Positions 55,828 through 64,000 of a DNA stretch of 64,000 nucleotides are shown piece by piece; the first letter of the stretch is position 1; every line of letters begins with the position of its first letter. Both the position numbers and the translations under genes were made by a program. The notes under the pieces were generated by a model. It made no database searches, was not told the DNA's origin, and saw nothing but the letters and a program-made list of their open reading frames with translations. The stretch is from Bacteroidota bacterium. Its GTDB lineage: Bacteria; Bacteroidota; Bacteroidia; Palsa-965. The DNA lies in assembly GCA_013298545.1 (NCBI GenBank), contig JAAFIA010000014.1, positions 32 to 64,031 of the forward strand, read 5' to 3'.

Positions 55828-58173
55828 TTATTTTGTAATCACCAAGCGTACTTGCGAAACTGTATTTCCAGAAACCGCTTGCATCGTATAAATACCCGCA
55901 GCTAAATCAGAAGCATCGATCTGGAAGGTGCCTGTTGTGTTGTAAGTGTAAACACCAACCACTTGTCCAGCAGCATTGAACAAACGAACAGTTGTTGCGT
56001 TTTCATTCAATTGCAAATTGATGATTCCATTTGCCGGATTTGGATAAACATGCAAAAGCGAATTTGTTGTTTGCTCCACAATACCCACACAAGGATCGAC
56101 CGTGATTTGAATTGTTGCAGTGCCAGAGCAGCCATTGGTATCTGTGTAATTATAAATTACCGTTTGAACACCTGCACCAATTGACGGATCGAAATTTGTT
56201 CCGCTTACACCAGGGCCAGAAAATGCGCCACCCGCCGGAGTTCCCGACAAGATAACATCAGCATCATCTGTACAAACAAATGTTGACGTAGCCGTAGCCG
56301 AAACCGTCGGATTTTGATTGACGGTAACATTGATCGAATCGGAAGTTGTGCAACCATTCGAATCGGTTACAAGTACATTGCATGAACCGCTTACGGTAAG
56401 CGTAACGGTTTGCGTTGTAGAACCATCGCACCACGCATAAGACGCAAATCCCGCACCCGCATCAAGGGTAACGAAACTGCAAGCCGCAACATCAGGACCG
56501 AGGTTTACAATTGGATTTGGATTCACCACAAAATTGATCGAATCGGAATTGGTGCAACCATTCGTATCGGTAACGAAAACCATACACGAACCACTCGTTG
56601 TAAATGTTGTTGTTTGGCTTGTTGAACCATCGCACCATACATAAGAAGCAAAACCTGCGCCACCATCCAAGATAATACTTCCACAAACAACCGTATCCGC
56701 ACCTAAATCTACAATCGGATTGGGATTGATGGTGATGTTGATCGAATCGCTACTAGAACAGTTATTGCTATCGGTTACCGTAACGTAGTACATGCCTGTT
56801 GCGGTTACAGCAAGTGTTTGCAAGTTTGTACTGTCGTTCCACATGAAGCTTGCGCCTGCATTGGCCGCATCCAAAATTGTATTGTCGCAGTACGCATTGT
56901 CAACACCAAGATTTACTACAGGATTGGGAACACTCACAGCTTGCAACGCAACCGCAGCAGAATCGGAACAACCAAAATTGTTGGTCTGGTAAACATTGTA
57001 ACGGCCAGGAGAATTGATCAACAAACTATCATTCGTTTCTGCTGGTAGTGCAATTCCATTTTTATACCATTGCTGTGTGCCAACAGGAAGAGCAGAGGCA
57101 TAGAAACTGCCGTTTGGACAAAGTGTTGTATTGCCTACAATCGAAGGATTGGGTGTACCCAAAACCACAAGCGTATAGGTGGTTACTGTGTCATGTGTAT
57201 TGATGCTGCCGCTTGCTAATTCAATGCTAACGGTATAAGTACCAGCAGTTGAGTACGTGTGTGAAGATCCAACAAGGCCTGTGGTGTCTGTATTTCCATC
57301 ACCCCAATGATAGATCACATTTTCAAATAGTTGTAAACCGCCTGCGCCAACAAAAAGTGTATTGCCTTCGCAGATGGAGTCGGTACTGTACGTAAAAGCA
57401 GGAGGCTGAACAAGGCCGCGCAAATTATCGGGATTAGAACCTGATGGGTTTGCACCATATACGCCACTTGTATTTACATGGCGAAAATTGCTCGAAATAG
57501 TAGAGTTTAAAAAATTATTATTGCCCAAATAAAGTGAGCCAAACGTTTCGCCACCAGGTGTTCCGGTTATTGGAATATTAGTCGCAGTATATGGAGCAAC
57601 AGATAAAACTTTTTCCATCACAATGGTGATGCCGTTGCCCGACCAATGGTAAAAGAAATTATCGTCTTTGTTGTAGCAAATAATTTCACCGTCGGCACCT
57701 GCACCAAGCGCCGCTGCCAATGTTTTGGTGCCATTGGTTTTGTCAATTAAATACATGGTCTCGGGCACAGTTGCACCATTTCCGGTTACACCAAACAATT
57801 GACCATCTTCACGAAAACAGATCGATGAAAATTTATCGCCCAAATTTCCTACTTGCGTACATACGCCTGTTTGCAAATTGATTTTACCCAAAACACGGCC
57901 TGTAACTGCCGAAAGTTTCATAATGACATAAACTTCAAACGTTGTTGGATCTATGGCTAAACCGGTCATACCTGTGATGGTAAAGCCCGGAATAGAAGGC
58001 CCAATACGGTTGACAACCTGCCAAGTGGTGGTATCAATTGACCAAAGCGAATCTTGAAAAGGGCTAGTGCCCCAAACAAGCGGTCGTGGGGTAGGTACTT
58101 GCGCACGAAGTGTCTGTGTATTGCTGAGTATCAATGACAATACAGCAAAACACACAAGTAAGATTTTTTTCAT
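55828..58173 (-). CDS. Large secreted repeat protein (beta-propeller-like N-terminus, tandem about 70-aa Cys-containing repeats) with T9SS C-terminal sorting domain
   Basis: ATG at 58173 (MKKILLVCFAVLSLILSNTQTLRAQ). Internal near-identical repeats (DSINxxVNPNPIVxLGxD...AGAGFASYxWCDGSTxQT...TDxNGCTxSDSIN). C-terminal VYPNPANGIINLQ...GIYTMQAVSG CTD. Confidence 0.65.
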   Translation of the reverse strand: MKKILLVCFAVLSLILSNTQTLRAQVPTPRPLVWGTSPFQDSLWSIDTTTWQVVNRIGPSIPGFTITGMTGLAIDPTTFEVYVIMKLSAVTGRVLGKINLQTGVCTQVGNLGDKFSSICFREDGQLFGVTGNGATVPETMYLIDKTNGTKTLAAALGAGADGEIICYNKDDNFFYHWSGNGITIVMEKVLSVAPYTATNIPITGTPGGETFGSLYLGNNNFLNSTISSNFRHVNTSGVYGANPSGSNPDNLRGLVQPPAFTYSTDSICEGNTLFVGAGGLQLFENVIYHWGDGNTDTTGLVGSSHTYSTAGTYTVSIELASGSINTHDTVTTYTLVVLGTPNPSIVGNTTLCPNGSFYASALPVGTQQWYKNGIALPAETNDSLLINSPGRYNVYQTNNFGCSDSAAVALQAVSVPNPVVNLGVDNAYCDNTILDAANAGASFMWNDSTNLQTLAVTATGMYYVTVTDSNNCSSSDSINITINPNPIVDLGADTVVCGSIILDGGAGFASYVWCDGSTSQTTTFTTSGSCMVFVTDTNGCTNSDSINFVVNPNPIVNLGPDVAACSFVTLDAGAGFASYAWCDGSTTQTVTLTVSGSCNVLVTDSNGCTTSDSINVTVNQNPTVSATATSTFVCTDDADVILSGTPAGGAFSGPGVSGTNFDPSIGAGVQTVIYNYTDTNGCSGTATIQITVDPCVGIVEQTTNSLLHVYPNPANGIINLQLNENATTVRLFNAAGQVVGVYTYNTTGTFQIDASDLAAGIYTMQAVSGNTVSQVRLVITK

Positions 58174-58322
58174 GAAATGTGGGTTTGTTTGATGCAGCTT
58201 TCGATACAAAAGTAAGGAAAATAAATTCATTGCAAGTATTTGATATTCATTGTTTTATATTTCAAGTAGATCGAAAATAAGACTAGTAAAACAGGTTAGC
58301 CAAGAAAAAAAAACGATCTTTT

Positions 58323-58353
58323 TTTGTAAATATCGAAGAAGAAAGTATATTTG
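58323..58353 (+). promoter_or_regulatory. Putative Bacteroidetes-type promoter for tRNA-Val (TTTG-N19-TATATTTG)
   Basis: TTTG at 58323-58326 and TATATTTG at 58346-58353, about 28 nt upstream of the tRNA 5' end. Confidence 0.4.
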
Positions 58354-58381
58354 CAGCCCCAAAACACGGAACTGTCCGTTT

Positions 58382-58456
58382 GGGAGCATAGCTCAGCTGG
58401 TTCAGAGCATCTGCCTTACAAGCAGAGGGTCACAGGTTCGAATCCTGTTGCTCCCA
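58382..58456 (+). tRNA. tRNA-Val (anticodon TAC)
   Basis: 75-nt cloverleaf: acceptor GGGAGCA/TGCTCCC, D-arm GCTC...GAGC, anticodon arm TCTGC-CTTACAA-GCAGA, T-arm ACAGG-TTCGAAT-CCTGT, discriminator A; followed by a hairpin terminator (cccgaa gcaa ttcggg T9). Confidence 0.9.
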
Positions 58457-58494
58457 CAAAAAATCCCGAAGCAATTCGGGATTTTTTTTTTGAG

Positions 58495-58656
58495 ATGCAT
58501 TACGTTTACATATTATACAGCAAGCGTATCGACAAATACTATGTCGGCGAAACTATTTCTGTGGAAGAACGTTTGCACCAACACAATTCGGGATATTTTG
58601 TGGGAGATGAGTTATGTTTATATTTGATTAGAAAGCGTTGTATAAGTATTGTATGA
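58495..58656 (+). pseudogene. Truncated GIY-YIG nuclease-family (YhbQ/UPF0213-like) gene remnant
   Basis: MHYVYILYSKRIDKYYVGETISVEERLHQHNSG matches the GIY-YIG N-terminal half; the ORF ends about 20 aa later without the conserved C-terminal half; immediately 3' of tRNA-Val. Confidence 0.5.
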
Positions 58657-58675
58657 CCTAGAAGTAGATGCAAAA

Positions 58676-59080
58676 ATGAAAACAGCGACAATAGAAGTTT
58701 ACGACAAAAGAGAAAAGATAACAACCACTATGCAGGTTGAACAAATCGCTAATAACGTTTTTAGAATGTTAGACAATGATGTTTTTAATTGTAGATTGAC
58801 TCTTGGAACTGAATTTGAAACTCGACTCAACCAAGACGGTAAACATGAGATTGTAAGAATTGTTAAAGAATCTTTTTATATAACAAGACGTTTTTTTCTA
58901 TCCGTACAATTCAAAGAATCCGAATACAGAATTTTAGGTGATGAAATAGAAAAGCAAGGCGGGTTTTGGCAGGTCGATTTCGGTAGTATTGCAACAATCA
59001 ATCTGCCGAAAGATTGCAAAATAAACATTGACGAGGTTTTTAAGGTTTTTGACTTTAAGCCCACAGAAATAAAAGACTAA
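58676..59080 (+). CDS. Hypothetical protein (AT-rich cassette, gene 1)
   Basis: ORF of 134-143 aa (ATG 58649 or 58676); about 35% GC; stop TAA directly abuts the next ATG. Confidence 0.4.
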   Translation: MKTATIEVYDKREKITTTMQVEQIANNVFRMLDNDVFNCRLTLGTEFETRLNQDGKHEIVRIVKESFYITRRFFLSVQFKESEYRILGDEIEKQGGFWQVDFGSIATINLPKDCKINIDEVFKVFDFKPTEIKD

Positions 59081-59428
59081 ATGTTAGGTCAAGCCTTTTG
59101 TGAATTTTTAGAATACGAAATCTCCAAAATGTTTGAGCATTCTGTCAATGATCAAACTAAAGGGTTTTGGTGTGATGGGGTTTTACTAAGCCAGCCCGAA
59201 AGCAACTATTCTCAAAAGTTCGTAAATGACAATAGACACGTTAAATTAAAAGCTTTCATAGGCAAAGATGGACAAACCGAATATGAACTGATATTAAAAT
59301 TCGGACCTCAAGCCCTAAGTCGGTATGCAAGAAATTTAGACATATATGCATGTGTGCCAAGCCCAGACAGACTAAATTGCTTCTATATAGACACTAAACG
59401 AAATAGAATTGAACTACAACTTGATTGA
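59081..59428 (+). CDS. Hypothetical protein (AT-rich cassette, gene 2)
   Basis: 115-aa ORF starting immediately after the upstream stop; no family recognised. Confidence 0.4.
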   Translation: MLGQAFCEFLEYEISKMFEHSVNDQTKGFWCDGVLLSQPESNYSQKFVNDNRHVKLKAFIGKDGQTEYELILKFGPQALSRYARNLDIYACVPSPDRLNCFYIDTKRNRIELQLD

Positions 59429-59504
59429 TGAGCGTTTTAAGTAATATCCAAGAACTCCTTCCACCCACAGCAACCCATCGCGCACTTTTCACTCATTCCC
59501 TCTA

Positions 59505-60239
59505 CTACCTCTTATGACAACAATCCAACGCTTGTTCTTTTGTTGTGCAAGTCGCCGCATTATCCTGCGAAAGTTTTGGGCTGATGTAACGAATACCCAA
59601 ATTTAATCCGCGCAAAATCAAGAGCACCGCCATAATGCCAACCATTACCGGAACAAGCCTGCGGATGCCCGTTTTTATTTTCGCAGAAAGCAATTGACTC
59701 GTGTAGCTGATGGTAAACATAAACGGCAAAGTACCTAAGCCGAAAATAGCCATAAACAAAACACTCTTCCAAACATCGCCTGTGGCCACCGCACCAGCCA
59801 ACGCCATATACACCATGCCACACGGCAAAAGACCATTGAGCAAACCAATCGTAAAAAGTGATTTTATACCACGCTGCTGAAACTGCATCGCAATTTTATT
59901 TTTCACCCGTTGCAACACCCGAAAAAATCCATTGCTGTATGCCCAAGTGTTTAACTTTTGTTGCGGAATAAATAATCCAATCAGAATTAATGCGCCAAGT
60001 ACAACCGAGAGTTTTTGCTGATACCCAAACAACGAAAAACTTGCGCCAATCAATCCAAACAAAACGCCAAAAGCCGAGTAAGTAATTATTCGCCCAAAAT
60101 TATAAGCCAGAATAGAAAACACTTTTTCTGTTTTGCTAAAACCGCCAATAGGCAAGGCCATGGCAATAGGGCCACACATGCCCAAGCAGTGAAAACCACC
60201 CAGAAAACCCAATGTCAATGCAGCAATCAGAAAAGCCAT
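59505..60239 (-). CDS. Sulfite exporter TauE/SafE-family membrane protein (cbb3 cluster-associated)
   Basis: Multi-TM protein with a Gly-rich helix (LGFLGGFHCLGMCGPIAM); position after fixH is typical of cbb3 oxidase accessory clusters. Confidence 0.65.
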   Translation of the reverse strand: MAFLIAALTLGFLGGFHCLGMCGPIAMALPIGGFSKTEKVFSILAYNFGRIITYSAFGVLFGLIGASFSLFGYQQKLSVVLGALILIGLFIPQQKLNTWAYSNGFFRVLQRVKNKIAMQFQQRGIKSLFTIGLLNGLLPCGMVYMALAGAVATGDVWKSVLFMAIFGLGTLPFMFTISYTSQLLSAKIKTGIRRLVPVMVGIMAVLLILRGLNLGIRYISPKLSQDNAATCTTKEQALDCCHKR

Positions 60240-60245
60240 GGTTGA

Positions 60246-60680
60246 TTAAATAAAAATTGTTTCCTCTTTATAAAATTGCCGCTTGTTGTTTGTCCACGTT
60301 ACGCACATCTTGTAAATGCCTTTACTCAACTTCGATTTGTCAATGCGTTGTTTGCCATTCGTATCGGCAGCAAGTTTAATTTTCACATCCTTCGATGCAT
60401 CTGATGGACGATATAAAAGTACCTCGCCTTGAAAATCGACTCCAGCATCAATCTGCGATAAATCCAAAATCAACGCATCGCTATTCAGTTCATGCGAAAT
60501 GCTTTTTACCAATGCCTGTTCATTGCTGATGGCTTCGATGCGTTGCTGATAATTTAATTCCTGTGCATAATAATCTTTAGCAACCAAATCTGATTTGCTC
60601 GTACTGCTGATGACTACCATACTCACAATGAGTATGACAAAGCCTACATATACAAGTGTGATGCGAATTCCCCAGCTCAT
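60246..60680 (-). CDS. ccoH: FixH/CcoH-family cbb3 oxidase assembly protein
   Basis: 144 aa, single N-terminal TM; between ccoG and the TauE-like gene. Confidence 0.65.
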   Translation of the reverse strand: MSWGIRITLVYVGFVILIVSMVVISSTSKSDLVAKDYYAQELNYQQRIEAISNEQALVKSISHELNSDALILDLSQIDAGVDFQGEVLLYRPSDASKDVKIKLAADTNGKQRIDKSKLSKGIYKMCVTWTNNKRQFYKEETIFI

Positions 60681-60702
60681 GGTGTTTGTGTTTTAAGTGA
60701 AA

Positions 60703-62106
60703 CTAATCGCTTGTTGGTCCAAGAAAACTTGTGGTTACAGTTTTGATTAATTTACCATCGCTATAAATGCCCAGTTTGATTTTTGTCTTACGCGTTTCGA
60801 TGTCTTTTTTGTCGAGGTAAACAAAGAAGGTGCCTTGCGTTACCCCTTCTTTTTTTACAGACAATGCTTTGCCTACAATTTCAACGCTTGCATGCGGAAA
60901 ATTATCGACACGAATGGTAACGGGTAGATCTTTTCGTGTTTTGTTTACAAGTTTAATCGTGTACAAATTGCTTACTTGGTCGTTTGGTTGTTCCTGATAC
61001 AACATGCCTTTGGCACGAATAACCGTTGCATCATAATCTGTGCGACTGATGAGTAAGAAGCTTTCAAAGCCAATCAAAATAAGCAGTACAGCAGTGTAAG
61101 CCTTCATGCGGTTGGTGAACGTCAACTTCACTTTATTCTTGATACCATTCTCAGAATCAAAACGAATCAAGCCTTTGGGAAGATTGACACTTTCCATCAT
61201 GTGGTCGCAAGCATCGATGCATGCTGTACAATTTACACATTCGAGTTGTGTGCCGTTGCGAATGTCAATGCCTGTTGGACAAACTTTCACACATAAATTA
61301 CAATCAATACAATCGCCACCCGTGCGTACTTCGTTCTTTTTAAACTTGTGTCGTTCTTCGCCACGCACATAATCATACGCCACAACAATGGAGTCTTTGT
61401 CTAACAAAACACCTTGCATGCGTCCGTATGGACAAACAATTAAACACACTTGCTCGCGAAACCACGAGTAAACAAAAAAGAAAACGCCCGTAAAAATTAA
61501 GATGGCCATGAAACCACCCGTGTGTTCGGAAATTGGTTCGGTAATGATTTTAAATAATTCATCAACACCAATAATGTAGGAGAGGAACGTGTTTGCAATC
61601 AAGAACGAAAGAATGAAAAACAAGGAGTATTTAAGTACACGTTTCCTTATTTTCGATTGGTCAAGCGGCGCATTTTTCAAGGCTTTCTGATGTGGCGCAT
61701 CACCATCAATCCAGAATTCAATGCGCCTGAAAAGCATTTCGAGAAAAATGGTTTGTGGGCAAGCCCACCCGCAAAATACCCGCCCAAAAATTACCGTAAA
61801 CAAAGCAATGAACACAATGAAAATCAACATCCCAATTCCGAAAATGTAGAAATCTTGCGGCCAGAAAATAACGCCAAACAAAATAAACTTACGCTCCAAG
61901 ATATTGATCAGGAAAAGCGGCTCACCCTGAACTTTAATAAATGGCAATCCAAAAAATACAACCAAATAAAAGTAACTCAACAACTTTCTCAGGTTGAATA
62001 ATCGACCCGCTGGTTTGTATGGATAAATCCATTTTCGCTTTCCCTCCGCATCAATCGTCGCGATGTGGTCACGAAATGATTCTGCACGATTTTGTTCCTC
62101 TTTCAT
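60703..62106 (-). CDS. ccoG: cbb3-type cytochrome oxidase accessory protein CcoG/FixG (4Fe-4S ferredoxin-type)
   Basis: Two ferredoxin-type Cys clusters (CIDCNLCVKVCP ... CVNCTACIDACD); N-terminal TM helices; 467 aa. Confidence 0.85.
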   Translation of the reverse strand: MKEEQNRAESFRDHIATIDAEGKRKWIYPYKPAGRLFNLRKLLSYFYLVVFFGLPFIKVQGEPLFLINILERKFILFGVIFWPQDFYIFGIGMLIFIVFIALFTVIFGRVFCGWACPQTIFLEMLFRRIEFWIDGDAPHQKALKNAPLDQSKIRKRVLKYSLFFILSFLIANTFLSYIIGVDELFKIITEPISEHTGGFMAILIFTGVFFFVYSWFREQVCLIVCPYGRMQGVLLDKDSIVVAYDYVRGEERHKFKKNEVRTGGDCIDCNLCVKVCPTGIDIRNGTQLECVNCTACIDACDHMMESVNLPKGLIRFDSENGIKNKVKLTFTNRMKAYTAVLLILIGFESFLLISRTDYDATVIRAKGMLYQEQPNDQVSNLYTIKLVNKTRKDLPVTIRVDNFPHASVEIVGKALSVKKEGVTQGTFFVYLDKKDIETRKTKIKLGIYSDGKLIKTVTTSFLGPTSD

Positions 62107-62122
62107 TCACGTAATTCAAAAT

Positions 62123-63313
62123 CTATTTGACTGAATCCTGTTTGGTTTTCAGTGAATCTATTTTTGGTGCCAACGAATCTGTTTTTGGTGCAAGCGAATC
62201 GCTAGCCGATGCGCCAGCTTCTGTGTATAAATCGCCCTGCGCTTCTTTTGCGCCCGGTGGATTTGTTCCTTTCAACGAATAAATAAAACTCGTCAATTGC
62301 GCAATCTGATTGGGCGAAAAATCTTCCTGCCAAGGTTTCATCCCTTTTTCAACCCAGCCGTATTTGATCGACTTGAATACATCCGCCAAGCCACCACCAT
62401 GCAACCAATAGCGATCGGTTAAATTTGGACCAACTTTTCCTTCACCAGCAGCACCATGACAAGCAGCGCAATTCGCAACAAACAATTCTTTGCCCGTAAC
62501 AAGATCAGCACCAGTCAATAATTTAACATTGGTTTCGTCCACATTGTTTGCCGCAGTTTTCATATACTCCGCAATGTCAATTTTGGCCTGCGCTACTTCC
62601 TTGTTGTATTCCGCCACCTGAAGATCGCCAGTTTTGAAAATATGGAAGTTTGCAAGGTAAACCACAGCCACAACAATGGTTAAGTAAAAACCATATTTCC
62701 ACCACGGCGGCAAACTATTATCCAATTCACGAATACCGTCATATTCATGATCAAGCATGATGTCGTGCTCATCTTCAATGTCAACAGAAGCATTCAGAAC
62801 ATCAAAAATTGTTTTCTCTTTCGGTTTGTTAACAATTGGGGCAGCAACCTTTTCTTTCGCTGTAAAATGCATGATGAGACGGAAGAAGATAGCAATAATA
62901 GCGACCTCAAAAATGATAATTGTTATTAGAATGAAAAATGTTGTCATGTCTAGACCACCAATCAACCAGTCGTTCACTTCAACAACTCCGGCATCCGTTG
63001 CAGCAGGTGTTGCCGCTGCTGCTAAAAGCATAAAATTACTTTTAACGCCTTCGTTGTTTTTCAATGTGTTGGCGTTTTTTTTCAGTTTCGTCGTTACAAA
63101 GTCACTACCGATGATGTTTTTCAGCGCAAGCCCCATCATGATAATGACGAGCAATAACAGGAAGATAGAGGTTACCAAAACCACATACATCGTATTGGAA
63201 AAATCGCTTGAGATTGCTTTTTCTGGCGTTTGATTTTGTGCAAACATCAACATCGGCAAGACTAGTGCACAAACCATCAGAAACATGTTTTTATGAATGC
63301 GCTGTTTCATCAT
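62123..63313 (-). CDS. ccoP: cbb3-type cytochrome c oxidase subunit III (CcoP), mono-heme Bacteroidetes form
   Basis: CAACHGAAGEGKVGPNLTDRYWLHGG heme c motif; N-terminal TM segments; overlaps ccoQ. Confidence 0.75.
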   Translation of the reverse strand: MMKQRIHKNMFLMVCALVLPMLMFAQNQTPEKAISSDFSNTMYVVLVTSIFLLLLVIIMMGLALKNIIGSDFVTTKLKKNANTLKNNEGVKSNFMLLAAAATPAATDAGVVEVNDWLIGGLDMTTFFILITIIIFEVAIIAIFFRLIMHFTAKEKVAAPIVNKPKEKTIFDVLNASVDIEDEHDIMLDHEYDGIRELDNSLPPWWKYGFYLTIVVAVVYLANFHIFKTGDLQVAEYNKEVAQAKIDIAEYMKTAANNVDETNVKLLTGADLVTGKELFVANCAACHGAAGEGKVGPNLTDRYWLHGGGLADVFKSIKYGWVEKGMKPWQEDFSPNQIAQLTSFIYSLKGTNPPGAKEAQGDLYTEAGASASDSLAPKTDSLAPKIDSLKTKQDSVK

Positions 63314-63509
63314 TTCCTTTTTTTATTGATGTGATAGACTCGCTTGTTGAAGCATTGAGCGGAATTCTAGAAAGCATATCGAAATGATCTTTGCGCCCTT
63401 TTAGGATATAATAACCTACAAACACGAAAAAGACAAAGAAGATTAGCAAGGAAACCAGTGGGTATATCCCAACACCAGTGATGCTTTCGAGGTAGTTGAT
63501 GAATTTCAT
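63291..63509 (-). CDS. ccoQ: CcoQ/FixQ-like small membrane protein of cbb3 oxidase
   Basis: 72 aa with a single TM (IYPLVSLLIFFVFFVFVGYYIL); lies between ccoNO and ccoP. Confidence 0.55.
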   Translation of the reverse strand: MKFINYLESITGVGIYPLVSLLIFFVFFVFVGYYILKGRKDHFDMLSRIPLNASTSESITSIKKGNDETAHS

Positions 63510-63528
63510 AAGGTGCGAGCGTTAAAAA

Positions 63529-64000
63529 TTATTTTTTGGTCGTATCTGTTGCTGTTTTTTTGATGTCTGTTCCCATGCGTTGCAGGTAAGCAATCAGCGC
63601 CACGATTTCGCGATCAGATTTCGTTTTCATGCCATCTTTTTCAAGATTTGCGGCAATGCCTTTGGCTTGTTTCTCCATTTCGCTCGCAGCAATTTTTTCG
63701 TACCCTTCTGGATATGGAACACCCAAACGTTTCATCGCTTTGATTTTTGCAACCGTTGAAGAAACATCAACCTGATCGTCAAACAACCACGGATATGCAG
63801 GCATGATCGAACCCGGCGACATCGACGTTGGATCTAGCATGTGAGAATAGTGCCAACTGTCGGGATATTTTCCACCAATACGCGCTAGGTCTGGTCCCGT
63901 TCGTTTACTTCCCCATTGGAATGGATGGTCGTAAACAAATTCTCCCGCTTTCGAGTATTCGCCATAACGCGAGGTCTCACTGCGGAATGGACGAATCATT
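63529..64000 (-). CDS. ccoNO: cbb3-type cytochrome c oxidase CcoNO fusion, C-terminal (CcoO mono-heme) part; truncated by window edge
   Basis: CcoO motif PFQWGSKRTGPDLARIGGKY; the ORF runs off the 3' end of the window. Confidence 0.8.
   Translation of the reverse strand, partial: MIRPFRSETSRYGEYSKAGEFVYDHPFQWGSKRTGPDLARIGGKYPDSWHYSHMLDPTSMSPGSIMPAYPWLFDDQVDVSSTVAKIKAMKRLGVPYPEGYEKIAASEMEKQAKGIAANLEKDGMKTKSDREIVALIAYLQRMGTDIKKTATDTTKK

Noticed and set aside
58250-58627. 125-aa ORF spanning the tRNA-Val gene
   Set aside because: Overlaps a canonical tRNA cloverleaf. Only the downstream GIY-YIG-like segment, in another frame (58495..58656), has a recognisable motif.

Overview
This 64 kb window looks like a chromosomal segment of a Bacteroidota genome, probably Flavobacteriia-like. 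Background GC is about 48-55% and the segment is densely coded on both strands. Several intergenic sites match the Bacteroidetes promoter consensus TTTG-N19-TAnnTTTG, and many proteins carry a T9SS C-terminal sorting domain. Recognisable content, in order of position:

- An operon encoding an Omp85-barrel/TolB-propeller outer membrane protein, an M20 amidohydrolase and QueE.
- A TPR-PD40-OmpA protein, an M16 peptidase and a GNAT acetyltransferase.
- T9SS cargo proteins: an FG-GAP protein, a five-heme c-type cytochrome, an M4 thermolysin-like protease and an 800-aa repeat protein.
- A minus-strand cluster of ECF sigma, anti-sigma, MsrB, a T9SS cargo protein and a di-heme cytochrome c peroxidase.
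- Tryptophan 2,3-dioxygenase, alanine dehydrogenase and a porX-tsaE-CDF operon.
- A T9SS/gliding locus: two tandem porV paralogs, porU, porP/sprF, gldJ and murF.
- Acyl-CoA dehydrogenase, anmK, a Glu/Leu/Phe/Val dehydrogenase, tonB-exbB-exbD with a second TonB-like gene, and folC.
- tRNA-Val(TAC) with a truncated GIY-YIG nuclease remnant.
- The accessory end of a cbb3 oxidase cluster (TauE/SafE, fixH, ccoG, ccoP, ccoQ, and the 3' part of ccoNO).

Three short AT-rich islets (about 33-35% GC) stand out as likely horizontally acquired and functionally uncharacterised:

- A translationally coupled pair inserted between ispF and porX: a STAS-like domain fused to a GHKL/RsbW-like kinase, and a DUF4325-like STAS protein with a C-terminal membrane anchor. 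This is the best candidate for a previously undescribed system (partner-switching or conflict module).
- Three overlapping small ORFs between kynA and the ECF sigma gene, one of them YbjN-like.
- A two-gene cassette next to tRNA-Val and the GIY-YIG remnant.

A palindromic motif TTGAT-NN-ATCAA recurs at three sites. No CRISPR array, rRNA or intact transposase was found.
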